The notes under the pieces: generated by a model
Database searches by the model: none
What the model saw: the letters and a program-made list of their open reading frames with translations, nothing else
What the model was told of the DNA's origin: nothing
In this document: positions 42,371 to 55,640 of the stretch, in pieces
Layout of the letters: each line of letters begins with the position of its first letter
Position numbering within the stretch: position 1 is the first letter of the stretch
Translations under genes and position numbers: made by a program
From: Chrysomallon squamiferum
Taxonomy: Eukaryota > Animalia > Mollusca
Length of the DNA: 64,000 nt
Direction: 5' to 3'
Assembly (NCBI GenBank): GCA_012295275.1
Contig: CM022673.1
Span: forward strand, 6,572,001-6,636,000

Positions 42371-43193
42371 CTGACAGAACTGAATTTCTTTTAGCCTTAA
42401 AGTCCATTCTGTTAAAACAACTGTCTGTGTGAGTGGGTGTGTCTATGTGGGTGTGTCAGTGTGTATGTAAATATGTGTATTTATATATTTGTGTGTGTTT
42501 GTATAAATATTTCTATGTATTAAGTCTGTTTGTCTGTCTCTCTCTGTATATATGTATATGTTAATTTTCATGCATTTTTTTTTAAAGTACCTTTATGTGA
42601 ATAGATGAATGATTGATTACATATGTTAATATATGTCCATGTATACACATGAATTATGCAGGTATTTACTTACATACACAAAATACATAGTAAGTCTAGT
42701 TACATAAATATTAATATTGTATATGTCTTTCTTTAAGACCTTTATTATTATCACATCATCATCTTCATCATCTTTATCATCATTATTTTTACCTCTGCTA
42801 CTAAAATTTTTAAATACTTATATAATCAGGGTGGAAGAGTAAATTGTTTGCCCTTTACTGAAAACATGAAGTCTTTAATAGATTTCCAAAATGAATTACT
42901 CTGGCCATGGAAACTCAATTCATTGGCTAGTGTTATCCATTTAATTGGACACAACATTTAACATGATTCGGTGGCTAAAATCTGTTAATGCTCATGAAAT
43001 TGGAATCAATTCAATCATGTCTTTTTCCGTGGGAAATTAACGATGCAAATTGTATTCATAATCAATATGTTAAAAGCAAATAACATGCAGAGGGAGCATC
43101 AGAGTGCAATCTTTGAATCCTTTGTTCTAAAACAGCCGCGGCAAAACCACTTTTCAAAACCATTACATCATCAGCGAAGCTAGGCCTGTTGTT

Positions 43194-43480
43194 TTAGGGC
43201 AGGATTAGAAGCAATAATGGAGGGGGTGGGAGATTGGAAAAAGGGGAATCAAGATGAATGAATGGATCATTAGTCGAAAAAAAAAAAAAAAAAAAAAAAA
43301 AAATTTAGAAATGAAAAATTAAATATGAAAAATTAAAAAAGAAAAGATGAAGTATTTAAAAAAAAAAAAAATAAAAAAAAAAAATTTAAAATTAAAAAGT
43401 TAGGGCAGGGTTAGAAGTTGTTACGGAGGGGGGTAAGACGCAAAAATGTGAAAAAAAGGAGATGAATGGATCATTAGTCA
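43194..43480. repeat. Duplicated ~80 bp segment separated by an A-rich spacer
   Basis: TTAGGGCAGG.TTAGAAG...GGAGGGGG...ATGAATGGATCATTAGTC at ~43194 and ~43400. Confidence 0.8.
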
Positions 43481-45669
43481 GTCAAAAAAACAATGATGAA
43501 ATTTTTTTAAAATTTTGAAATATTCATTAAAGAAAGAGAGAAAAAAAGGACTCATTTCTTTTGCTTGAAAAATTAATTTAAAATTTTGATGGGAAAACAT
43601 GAAAGAGGAAAAAGAAAGATGGCTTTATTTCATTTTTTTTTTGGAAAGCTTCCTCTAAAGGAAGCCAATCATTTTTGATGAAGTCTGGTCAGTTGTGTTC
43701 TGATGAAAAATATTTCATCAGCAATTATTGTACAAATGTGATAGTGATGTCATTAATTATAAATATGTGAATAAAGATATATAATAGAATTATACTATTA
43801 CTCACACACACACACACACACAACACAGAGAGAGATACACAGTAATATTTAAGCATACACTTACATATAACAATGTTCAAATATTAAATAGACATAAGAC
43901 ATATATACATACACACACACACACACACATACACATTTGCAAAAATATACATACACAACTACACAAATATGCATACATGTGTAAGTACATACATATATAC
44001 ATTCATTCATACATACATACATGCATATATACATACATACATACATATATACATATATACATGTATATATAAATAAATACATAAACACACACATGTATAT
44101 ATGAACCTCACCCCCACATGCAAACAGAACGTTAGTTCCCACTTACATACAAATACAATAGTTTGTTCAAAACAAAATGCTGATGGCCAAAAAAAAAAAA
44201 AAAAAAAAAAAAATGTAGCAATTTTATTATTGACATGGTTAAAACAAAACAGAAATTAAATGAATTGGCACATTTAAATGTTTTTAAAATGTAAAAATTC
44301 CATTAAAATTCTGCAGTTTCTCCAATCAGTTCAATTTAGTGTCTTAACACAGCATCCACATTTCAATCAGAAGCGTTTTAGCATAATTTCACATTTTTAA
44401 TTCCTCTGGTGGAAACAAATTAAATTTGATGTTTGGGGGGGTATTTTTTTTTTTTCTATATTTTTTTTTTTTTTTTTTAATTTTTAATTTTTTCTGATAT
44501 CTTTTATTTTTATTTCTGTCATGCTGTGACAGTTTTTCCCTCTGGCATGAAAGTCATTACATCATGTCACAATTTATTGTATTGAAATTTGAGAATATTT
44601 TTCACAAATTTGTTTTAAAGAGTTTTTGAGAACATTTATTTTTTGTGTTTCCTATGATCTTTGTTTTTGACTTTCCAAGTTATCAGATGAGAAGGAGGAA
44701 AGGAAAGATTATTTTCTTATTATTATTATTTTATTACATTATTTAAATGTGTTTCTTTTTTTTTTTTTTTTTTTTTAAAATTTTTTTTCTTATTAATTAT
44801 TATTATTTTTTAAATTTTAATCTCTTTTCTTTCCTTTTTATTTTGTTAAATTCATTTTTAATTGGTAAAATGTAATAATAATAATAATAGTAATAAATTT
44901 AAATTAGGATAAAATAAAGGCCAAAAACACTTATAATTGTATAAAATTGCAAATGACTGTGTAAATGAGATTCTGAAAAAGGAATACAAGATTTGGAATT
45001 ATTTGGTGGGTAAAAAGATTTCATGAAGTAGAATGAATGGATACATCTGTGTTTTCATTATGAGTGTATGTATGTGTATGTAAGCGAGTGTTTGCAGGTG
45101 TTTGTACATGTGTTTATGTTGATATGTGTGTATATGTGCACAAGCACAACCAGTGTGTATATAAACCGTTTGATTTATTTATGTTTATACTGCTGCAGGC
45201 CAATTAATACTGACATCAGTGAAAAACAAATGTGGGTGTGGACACAATATCACACAACACCCCACAAAAAAAAATTCATCTGATTAAACACAAAACTTAT
45301 CTCAACCTTTCTTCAAAGAATGATTCAGTTCAACAACTTCCAACAATAACAGACAACCCTCCCTCCATCCCTTCCACTGTCCCCCTCCAGACATCACGCA
45401 CTTAGTTGAATTAGTCAAAAATCTCTTCCGCTCACAACCGAATAATCACCACGGTTTTGCATGAACTGTATCTTTTCAAAGTTCATTACTCGAGGGCTAA
45501 TTTAACTTAAAACTGCAGTGACCTCACCCTGATTATGTCTGTATTAGGCTCTGATTAAGTCGGAACGGGAGTCCCTTAACACACCCCTCTGGGATCCAGG
45601 ACAGTTGGTCATTATGTTGAGAAACAGTAGGGAGATTGTTTGTGAAATGTCAGGCAACCTGCATCTTCA

Positions 45670-45745
45670 CCTCTCTCCCCATCCCCTCCCCTCCCCTGCC
45701 CTGCCCTTCCTAGCCCTTCCCTTCCCTTCTCCTCCCCTCCCCTAG
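45670..45745 (-). other. Polypyrimidine CCCT tract, potential G-quadruplex/triplex
   Basis: More than ten C3-C4 runs with 1-5 nt loops. Confidence 0.6.
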
Positions 45746-46129
45746 AATCATCTGAGAATTAGTTGTAATTAGAACACTAGTTACGATCAGCACATGTCAC
45801 AGTAAAAACCAAAATTAGATTTAATGCTGCTCTGGAAATAGTTCATGATTTTGTTTTGTGGCTTTGGTGAAATTTAAAAACTAAAAAATTAAAAAATTAA
45901 ATTAAATTAAATTTAAATTATGTTGTCATTGTTCCGTTTTTCTTTCCATGAAACTGCAGAATTTGAAGGGGATTTGTACATGTTTATTTATTTTTATTTT
46001 TTATTTTTTTTTAAATGTCAGAAAAGACTTCCACTGAGATGGACAGAATATAATACATTATTTAGTCATAATACAAATAATTGTAATAATAATAATAATA
46101 GCCTTTAGCCAGGTGACAAATCAGCCAGT

Positions 46130-46580
46130 TACAATGAAAACAGTGTTACTAGTAGCCATATTGGCTACATTAGTGGCAAATATTACTGTCTTGTCAAAGG
46201 TAAAAAAACACTGCCATACAGATTAATTTTCATGAAAACAGTAGCCACATGTGCAAATAGTAGCCAAATTTGCTACATTTTATGAAAACAGTAGCCAAAT
46301 TAGCCAAACTATATTTTATGAAAACAATGGCTAAATTAGCTACAAGTGCAAATCTCATATATTTTTGAAAAAGTAGCCAAATTAGCCACATTTTATGAAA
46401 ACAATGGCTAAATTAGCTACATCTCATGAAAAAAGTGGCCGAATTAGCCGCAATTTTGTGAAAACAGTAGCCAAGTTAGCTATATTTCAAGCAAGCAGTA
46501 ACCAAATTGGCTCACATATCATGAAAAAGATAGCCAGATTAGCTGCATATCATGAAAAAGATAACTAAATTAGCCAAGTA
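46130..46580. repeat. ~32 bp minisatellite (ATGAAAACAGTAGCCAAATTAGCTACATTTT), about 12 copies
   Basis: TGAAAA...TAGCCAAATTAGC recurs with ~32 bp period. Confidence 0.85.
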
Positions 46581-46599
46581 TATAAAGATCACACAGAAC

Positions 46600-47060
46600 T
46601 AATTTGGCCCTGCTGTGATGACCAGGCTATTTGCAGTGGTCAGGAGTAATCAAGATGGTAATTAAATTCACCACCACCAAACTTGCTGATTGGAAAGAAA
46701 GATATGCAGATAAGTGAAATATTCATTTTATTCGTATATAGGGCTCTCCATCATTGATTAGGACTCTCTCGCCATAATTATTTTCATTATATTGCAAATC
46801 ACCTTGTTAATTTGGAAGTATTTTCCATAACAGACCAATAAATCTATACACATGTTAAACGGGGCTTTCCCCATTATTAAATTATTCATGTGATTTGCAT
46901 CAGCCGCGATGGTGACATGTGCAGGGTCGGCTACATCACCTGAAATTGACCATCACACAGCTGGCCTGTGGTCGCCATGACAATGGATCATAATGAGGCT
47001 GGGTCAGGCATATGCCATTAGTGATTGCGGAAGTGAAACTGAAACCACAGACTTTGAAAA
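46600..47060. promoter_or_regulatory. Complex island, candidate enhancer
   Basis: TAATTA sites, octamer ATTTGCAT ~46893, X-box-like GTCGCCATGACAAT 46971, ETS-IRF-like CGGAAGTGAAACTGAAAC ~47028. Confidence 0.35.
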
Positions 47061-47194
47061 TTGAATTTTTTTGTTTTTTAATTTCTTTTATTATTGTATT
47101 TTTGATGTTAATAATAATTGTTAAAAAAAAACATTAAAAACATCAATTACATTAAAAATAAAAAATTTAAAAATAATAATTATATTGCACAAAG

Positions 47195-47265
47195 GTGCAG
47201 GTATCCAGGTTTGAACCCAGAGCCCTTACAGTCTAAAGGCTTAAGACGTAAAGTCTGCCGCTGCA
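47195..47265 (-). mobile_element. Decayed tRNA-derived head
   Basis: GGTTTGAACCC is a reverse B-box (GGGTTCAAACC). Confidence 0.4.
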
Positions 47266-48749
47266 TGAGAAAAGGATCAGAAATGTAAAATCCTAAGCTT
47301 GGTGTTAATACAGATAGTCAGATGGGAATTACCCAGCACTTGACTTGACATACACAGAGAAAACTCCACTCAAACAGCAGAGCCAAATGTTAGAGAAACT
47401 CCATAATACATACTTAACACCAGTCATTAAAACAAACTGCCTAGGGAAACATTATCTACAGCCAGACAGGCTGATAATAAAACACTACTGAAAGGAAATA
47501 AATGTTTTTGTTTAACGGTCTCTTTGGCACAATATTTAATCAGAGGCTATTAGATATCAAAAACTCAACTGCCTGTTATGATAGTACCACAGTCCATGGA
47601 GGGAGGGTGTTAGATAAGATACTCCAGTGGTCCATGGAAAAATGAGATATCAAAGTCCAGTTGTCTAGTAGTCTGTAGGAAAAATCTTGTGTGGTCTGTG
47701 TGTGTTTGTGTCTGTGTGTGTGATGTATGTGTGTAAAATATGAAATCTGAAAGATATATTGGCTTAAAAGTCTAGAAGTCCATGTCAAATGTTAAATAAC
47801 AAAGTTCGTTTGTCTAAATAATAAAGCAGACCATGAAAAAAATTGGATAAGGAAGTCTTGTTGTCCAGGGAAGGCAAAGACTTTGGGATAGACCTTAAAT
47901 GGTTAATCTAAGTCCGAAAAGAGATAACTGACTTATCCATCTGACACAGGCTTCAAGAAAATACATATCTTTCATAGACCAGAGGTGGATAACCATATCT
48001 GAGGTAAATAAATAACTGATTCATCCATCATAGGCCCGAGGTAGTCAAGCAAAACATGCAAGTGATTAAGTGAGGCATGTACCGGAGGCCTGAAATGATT
48101 AAGTGAGGCGTATGATAAGTTATGATGACAATGCTGTGTGTGTTGAGAAGTCAAACTGAGCATGTCTGAATAGCTGCAGTAAATACTGCCATGTGGATCA
48201 CACTGCTGCTATAAACAAAGTGAGAATGACAAGCATGGAAAGGCCACCTTTTGCAATCCTGGACTGATTACTTCCTACAGCACTACGCACCATCGGTCTT
48301 ACACATTTGTCCATGACCTTGGTCGTAGCTTTGATCTGTCTGTTCCTAACTTCTTTCTGTATCGATATTTATTTTCACAAAAGAAAAAAAAAAATTCTGT
48401 TTCAGTTTTTGTTTATTTCTTTTTTTCTCTGTTTTATTTTTTGAGTCTTTCCGTCACTATCTCTACCTTCTCCTTTCTGTTTTTTCTTTCTCATTCTTCT
48501 CTTTTTTTTTCTCCATAACTTCTTTATTTTTTTTATACACCTCTGTCCCTCTTTTCTCTCTGAAAATTAGTTATTTAATAAATAAAGAAAAAGATAACCA
48601 AATAAAATAATCTAATATAACTGGGAAATAAAATGAATTAAAAAAAATGAAAATACCAACACCATCTGATTCATAACATTTTTTAGCCACAAATCACATA
48701 TCAGAAATAATGCAGAATGAAAGAGTAAATCCAAAATAAAATTTAATTA

Positions 48750-49140
48750 AGTCATGCTCAGATAATCTTGTCAAATGTTTGTTTAAAAATCTGTCACATG
48801 ATGAAAAAGTTTTGATAATCTCACTACATGGAGTCTTTATAAAAGTTTCACTCTTTTGACGGAGATCTTACTGTAATGAGCGACAGAAATACATGTTGTC
48901 AAACACCAGGTTTTTGTTCAAAAATGTAAAATTTTGAAGATGATTGACACCTGCATGTGTCAGGTTGTGGTTACATGTGTCACATTGTCATTAAATATTA
49001 ATTAATTTAGCTCACTTTATCAAAAAGATCTTGTCGATTTTCGTAAAACGTCAGAAAGGACATGGAATCATAATGTTGCTGAATGTTTGATCACAGCCAA
49101 ATTGCATGTTCTGTGAATACCATCTGCCATGATGGAAAAT
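48750..49140. promoter_or_regulatory. TGACA/TGTCA-dense island
   Basis: TGATTGACAC 48941 (Pbx-Meis-like) overlaps the T-box site TGACACCT 48945. At least six further TGTCA sites. Confidence 0.35.
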
Positions 49141-49234
49141 GATTGTTATTTTTTTATTGTTTTTTTTTATTTTTTATTTTTTTTTTCTTTCTCAGTGGTT
49201 AGGCAAAGTATAGCCATTTTGATTAGAAAAGACA

Positions 49235-49850
49235 CCAGAGGACTCACATTCTCGTTCTTTTAATTAAAATGAATAACTGGGTTTATTTATACGTATCTTC
49301 TTGCCTAGAACAGGAAAAACAGTTATAATTTCAACATTGGTTATACTTTTAATTCAAAATATTTTAGGTATCTTACCATAATTTTATAGACTTACTCATG
49401 ACATGTTCCACATCAGTTATTTCTTTTGATTAGCAAAATGAAAAAAGCTATTTTTACATGTATCTTTCTACAAAGAATTAGAAATTAAATTACTGCTTAA
49501 ACATTAGTTATTCTTTTAGTTAATAAATAGTAATGATTATTTTATATTTTTCTTGGAAATTACAAAATTAGAAGTTAAGTCTTTCATATTACTTATTCTT
49601 TTGATTAATGTAAATTTGAAGTGCTGTATTATGTGTATGTATACTGCAGAGAAATAGGAAAAAAAAAACACTTTCCTATTAAGTTATCATTTCAATTAAG
49701 ATAAACAAGAAGGTCTATTTTATGTAAATTTGAAATGGAAAACTTCCACATTGGTTATTCTTTTAATTACCACAAATGTCAACAGTTAAGTTTATCTTAC
49801 AGTAAATAATTAGAAAAGAAACTGCAGCTTGTTTTCTTTTATTATAATTA
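49235..49850. repeat. Highly decayed ~85 bp tandem repeat, about 7 copies
   Basis: ACATTGGTTATTCTTTTAATT-like word at ~49246, 49334, 49410, 49501, 49586, 49677 and 49748. Confidence 0.7.
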
Positions 49851-50207
49851 GCATAACAAATAATAATAATAATAATAACAATAATAATACAAAAATTAAA
49901 AACATTTTATGCATTAACTGGATCTATTGTTTATTTTTGATCAATAATCATGTTTCCACTGCTTGAAAACAGAAAAAGGAAAAAAAATAAAATAAAATAA
50001 AATAATAATTTAAAAAAAATTAAAGAAAAAGAAACGAAATTCCGGATGTTATTTTCACTTCTGGGAAATAACACATCAGGAATTTTATTCTGCTGGTATT
50101 ATTATTAATAAGACTCACGGGAAATGAATGAAAAATAAATAAAAACATAAAAACTGATTTTAAAAAAAAATCTAATTGAAAAATTGGACTTTTTAGGAAA
50201 CATATAG

Positions 50208-50325
50208 TAATAATGATGATGATGATGATGACAATGATGATTATGATGACAATGATGTTTATGATGACAATGATGATTATGATGATAATATTAATAATAA
50301 TCATAATCATAATCACAATCATAAT
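50208..50325. repeat. (GAT/AAT/CAT)n trinucleotide tract
   Basis: Source of the poly-Ile ORF. Confidence 0.9.
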
Positions 50326-51516
50326 TCTAATTCCTATTTTAATAATAATATTTTTAAAATAATAAAACTAATTTTTTTTTAAAATTATAAAAAAAAAAAA
50401 AATTCATTTACATAATAATATACATAACATGACGTGAACAAATGACTACTATTACAAAATACACACTGTCTTAACGACTTCATAAGTAATTTTACCTCAG
50501 TCGTCAACGGCAGTAATGACAATCGTCTCAAATCTACAAGCTTCCTACATTAGTGAAACAAAGCATGTACAGATGTTAACAGTTGTTAACTGATGATGTT
50601 TTTGCATGCAATTCTATTTTCATATTTTTTCAGTCACACAGAAATATAATAATAATACAAAATAAAAAATTGTCTGTGTTGATTATTGATCAGCTACAAA
50701 GTTAGAGTGACATACTTTATTTAAAAAAAAAAAAAAAAAAAAAACTACAACATTGCATACCTTTACCGGAATGAAATCAGGTTGCTGTCTGAATTATAAC
50801 AATTATAAAACTCGTTCCATATTTTTAAAATTGTTTTTAAATTATTATCGTTTTGCCTTCAGTTATCCATTTTTAATTTTAAATTAACAGGAAGAAAAAG
50901 AAATACAAGAAAACAACAAACAAAAAAAACCAACAACATGTTCTGTTAACAATAAGTCAAATTATCATCAGTTGTAGAATAAAAAAAAAAAATTCTTCAT
51001 TACCATGGCAACCAATCTGAGATAATTTTGTATTTTTATTCCATTGGTTTCTTTTACTGACTGTATCAGAAAAGTGCCATACTGTGCCACCCAGCTCTGA
51101 ACAGCTTAGAGAAAGCCAGCCTGATTGCTTATGTCAGTCAAACAGTGTGAAGGAGGTGATGGCAGCTTCTTTGGCACTTTGACAGTTTTCAGGGAGTCCT
51201 CTGAACTGGCTCCATTATTGGACTGTCCCTTCTGGTTTATGCTGTGACCATTGTCTCAGAGTTTTTTGGGGGATTTTTTTTTTTTTTTTTTTTATTTTTT
51301 TTGGCTTTGAATAAATGAAACAATAAATGAAGTTGTGAAAACAAAACAACTATAATGGAAAAAAAAAAAAAAAGATAATAAAGAGAAAAAGTTGAAAAAC
51401 AATGAATTTTTCTGTACTTTTCCCTCTCTTGCTCTTTTCGGTTTCATTTAGTTTTTTTGTTTTTTAAAAAACAACAAATTTTCATATCTTTTAAAATCTT
51501 TTTATCACATTCCTTT

Positions 51517-51547
<31 letters not shown>

Positions 51548-53271
51548 CACCTCCCTCTCCTTTCATATGCCTGATTTGGTGACATTGCATCATGGAGATG
51601 GCATTAAAAATAAAATAAAGCATTTCCTGACCAGATTTCCACTGTATTGATTTTGCTGACAAGCAAGGACATACGCTCATTGTTAAAGTCGGGGTACACC
51701 GAGACCTGCAATGATCTCCCTGTGTTTCATGCATTGTTACAGTAATGGACCGAGAAACATGAAAAATCAAATGAACGTATTAGATAAATAAAACAGGTTC
51801 TTGTGGGGGCTAGGCTCTTAATCCTTAAAAAGCATTTAGAGGGCAATACTGCTGGGGATGATTCAGTGTGTAGTGTTTGTTGCATTGTCTGGTGATGGGT
51901 TTTGATGTTCAGTTTGAAATGTGATACAGTATTCTTCAAAAGGATTTTTAATTCTGGTTCTTTGTATAACCATTTTTTCTCTTATTCTCATCTTTGTCTC
52001 TCTCGTTTTCTCTGTCTTTCTCTTTCAGTCTCTCTGTCTTTTTCTCACTCTTTGTCTCTATTTTTCTGTCTCTCTCTTTCTCTCTCTTCCTTTCTCTCTG
52101 TAATACTTTTATGTATGCTGTTATCCCAGTAAACTAGCAAACTACAAGCAGATTATTACGGAGGATCATACATCATATGTAAGTGTAGTGCAGTAGTGCA
52201 TTTTATTTAGCAGACACGACATCTCTGCTTCTTCCATCAGTTTAAGTATGTTTATGTCAGTAGTAATGCAGGGTTGATATGGCTGAAATGCAGGTATATT
52301 AAATTAGGTTAAAGTTCAAATTTGCAACACATGTGTCTGATTACGCAGGTCTACAAAGCACGCATCGATGGCATTTATGAACATGTAGAGAGACGTAAGT
52401 TGGAATGAATGTTCAGTTACCGTGTTTTGTCTTGTTGAATTGCACATGTTATTTATCACTTGTCATTACAAACACAAAAAGAACACAGAAAACGATCTGT
52501 CTAAATTAGCCAACTTTCTTATGCTCCTCTGAAGAGAAGAATATTAAAATATAATTCAGATTCTTTCAAAATTAAATTAATGTAAAAGACATGGTTATTA
52601 AAATGTCAGAAATATGCCAGACAAACATTCCGGACCCCTCGGTCTTCTCATTATTATGAAAAAACTGAACTGTTATTGTTTCTGACAAGAACATAAATTA
52701 AAAAGGCCATGGATGATGGTTATCTCTTTTAGAGCCAACATCCAGCATTACTCCATCAGCAATTTGCAATCTTAGGATGAGACTTCATACTGTGAGCACC
52801 ATTAGAAACATTCATTTCCTGACAAATTTATGACATCCAACATGTATTAGAGTTACTCCCCTTTGTGATGCTCTCCACGAGATAACAGCAGGTTTGTGAT
52901 ATGGCACATGTGACCTGCCATGGTGACATGCTTTATTATAGTTGTTATCTCCCTTCCTTGTCCATATTTTATTATGACTTCAATATTTCATTTTGCTTGT
53001 TATCATTTTTGAATTTGTTTCAATTTAAGGTGATTTTATTTTCATTATTTTAACACTTAATTGCAGCATTCACACCAGAAATAATTGTTTCAAAAAAAAA
53101 AAAAAAAAAATGACACAGATGGAAGATATTGGTCATAAACATGATACTTGGATTTATTATGACAAAAAACTAAACTGGTTTTTATTCTGAATTGTGAACT
53201 ATATGCATTTCTCTTTCATCAATGAATTGATAGCCTTTTAACAATAAAGTTCAGACATGAATTTTGTAACA

Positions 53272-53510
53272 CTGGGACTATTTTCCATCCCAGCTCGTAT
53301 TCTACGGCTGGTTTATCAAAGGCCACTGTATGTACTTTCCTATGGGAAGGTACAAATATAAAATCAATTGCTGCTAAAGAAGAAGGGTAACCCAGCGGAG
53401 TGGTACCATTCAGTTTCCCCTTTCATACCACAGAAGAAAAAACATGTGAAAACAGCCATTGATCATTAATATTAAAATATGTTGTGATGTCATTAAATAT
53501 TCACTCATCT
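53272..53510 (+). mobile_element. Best-preserved decayed SINE body (Meta-domain-like molluscan tRNA-SINE)
   Basis: GGGACTATTTTCCATCCCAGC..GGCTGGTTTATCAAAGGCC..GTATGTACT..ATGGGAAGGTAC..ATATAAAA..TTGCTGCTAA..GTAACCCA..GTGG..GTTTCCCCT..AAAATATGTTG..GTCATTAAATA is collinear with 9280-9400 and the reverse of 56345-56520. Family assignment is from memory. Confidence 0.65.
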
Positions 53511-54289
53511 TGTGATCCATTCATCTGGTTATGTAATAAATAATGTGAGAAAGGAAAACACTAATGTTGTTTTAATGATATGGGCATGGTACCATATACC
53601 ATGTACTATTACTGTTTATTCTTTTTGTTTATATATATATATATACATTTTTTTTTTTTTTGAAAATTCAAATTTCATATATTTCATTTTCATTTGCTTC
53701 TTTTTCCTTTCTTAAAATCAAAAATTTTACATTCTCTATTAATTTGGCACTGAATTCACTTTCATTCTTACTATCTTCCTTTTTTTTTTTTTTTTTTTTC
53801 TATAATTTAATAGTATAATAAAAATAAAATTTTATCTTTTCTATTTATTTGACTTGTAACCTAAAAAAAAAGTCAAACCGGAATGTGATTTGGGACGAGT
53901 GCACTAATTCTTTGCTGTTTTAAAGAGAGATGGGGAGATAAGAACAACAGAAATGAGCTGTTAAGACACTTACTGGACTCTGATACACAGACACACTCTA
54001 TAGCTACAAGATATTTTCTCTAGATAAAGCGTAGCCATTCACTTTGGAGTAGTCCAGAAATAACATGCGGACAATTAGAGAAAATGGAAATAAAATGATG
54101 ATAAGAGATGCTCTTCCTCTTGTTGGAGCCCATTAATGCAGACATACTTTGTGAAGTGTCGAAATATGTTGAATGGCAGTTGGCTAAATGAAACTGAACA
54201 GTATTATCATGCTTTCATTTACAGGTTAAACTTAGCATATTTGTAGTTAAGGAGATTAAGAATTTTTTGCTTTTTTTCATATTAGAGAA

Positions 54290-54380
54290 TTATTTGTTTG
54301 TTTGTTTTGTTTGTTTGTTTGTTTTGTTTGTTTGTTTGTTTGTTTGTTTGTTTGTTTGTTTGCTTGTTTGTTTGTTTATT
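54290..54380. repeat. (GTTT)n tetranucleotide tract
   Basis: Directly visible. Confidence 0.95.
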
Positions 54381-54631
54381 TTTATTTATTTATTTTATTT
54401 AATTTTAAAAAATATATATTTATTTACCTATTCATTTATTTGTTTATTAACTTTTAAATATTAGAGATTTATATGTTCGTTTATTTTATTTTTTATTTTA
54501 TTTACTTTTATTGATTCTTCTATTTATTTATGTATTTATTGATTTATAAATGTCATAGATGATTCATTAACCCAGACTTTGTTGTTTTATTAATATTATT
54601 TTTTTTTCCCCTGCTTATTTGTTTATGTATT

Positions 54632-54668
<37 letters not shown>

Positions 54669-55099
54669 GTGTGCAAGGTTCTTAGTGCTGTTACTGCAGT
54701 TGTTTTCATGGGGGAATGTTAATTTTTAATAAATCCTGAATTTTTTAACTTCAGATTGTTATGTAGATTTGTAAAGAGGAATAAAACTATTTTCACAGTT
54801 GCTCTAGATGTTGAATTAATGAAATAATTTTAGTTACAAATATACATCTCAGTTATTATTTACCAAAACTCAAAACTGTATGTATCCATAACTTAATCTG
54901 CATACTTTTAATAGCACCCAATAATCAAACCACTTTATTTACGCATACATAGACAGATAGACAGATACAGTTATATATACATCTATATAGATAGAAAAAC
55001 AGATAGAATGACATAGATATAGATATATATGTAAATCAGTCAATATTAGTAAATTACTCAGTGTCTATATAGTTGTAACCCAATCTATATCCATATTAT

Positions 55100-55640
55100 A
55101 ATTACGAGAAAATAATTGGTTATTTCATTATGTTGCAGCCTACAGCATCAGTGTTACATATTCACTTAACCTTTTTGCTCTCTGCCTTCACAAATACTAG
55201 CACCATTACCACTTAAGCATGAAAACCAGGAAATGTTTCATTCAGCGCATGGACTACAATTTCCAGCTGGCAATTAGTTTCTGTATCTTTGTTACTGACC
55301 AAACTCAAGAGTTAATATACAGCCGACGTAATTACAAAGTGTGGCTTGAGACCGCAGACCGAAATAACAGAAATATGATTCATTAGATATCTCTACTGTA
55401 ACAAAAGATTTGAATATGATGATGTCCGGTCATATTTCCTGTCCATCGTTACCCTCAAATTGAAACCTTCTCTTGACCACTGCCTGTCTCAGAGGTCAAG
55501 CTTAGATTACAAAGGTAGTGGACATTAATCTGGCCAAGCTCAGGTGTCCGCATCACGTCTGCAGCCTATTATCACGTTCTGGTAGCACAGGACCAGACAT
55601 CTAGACATTAGAGCTGATAATAACTGTCTGATAAATTACT
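55100..55640. promoter_or_regulatory. Complex island with ZNF143/THAP11-type motif
   Basis: ACTACAATTTCCAGC at 55253-55267 (one mismatch to ACTACAATTCCCAGC), ETS CAGGAAAT, AGGTCA and several CpGs. Confidence 0.35.
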
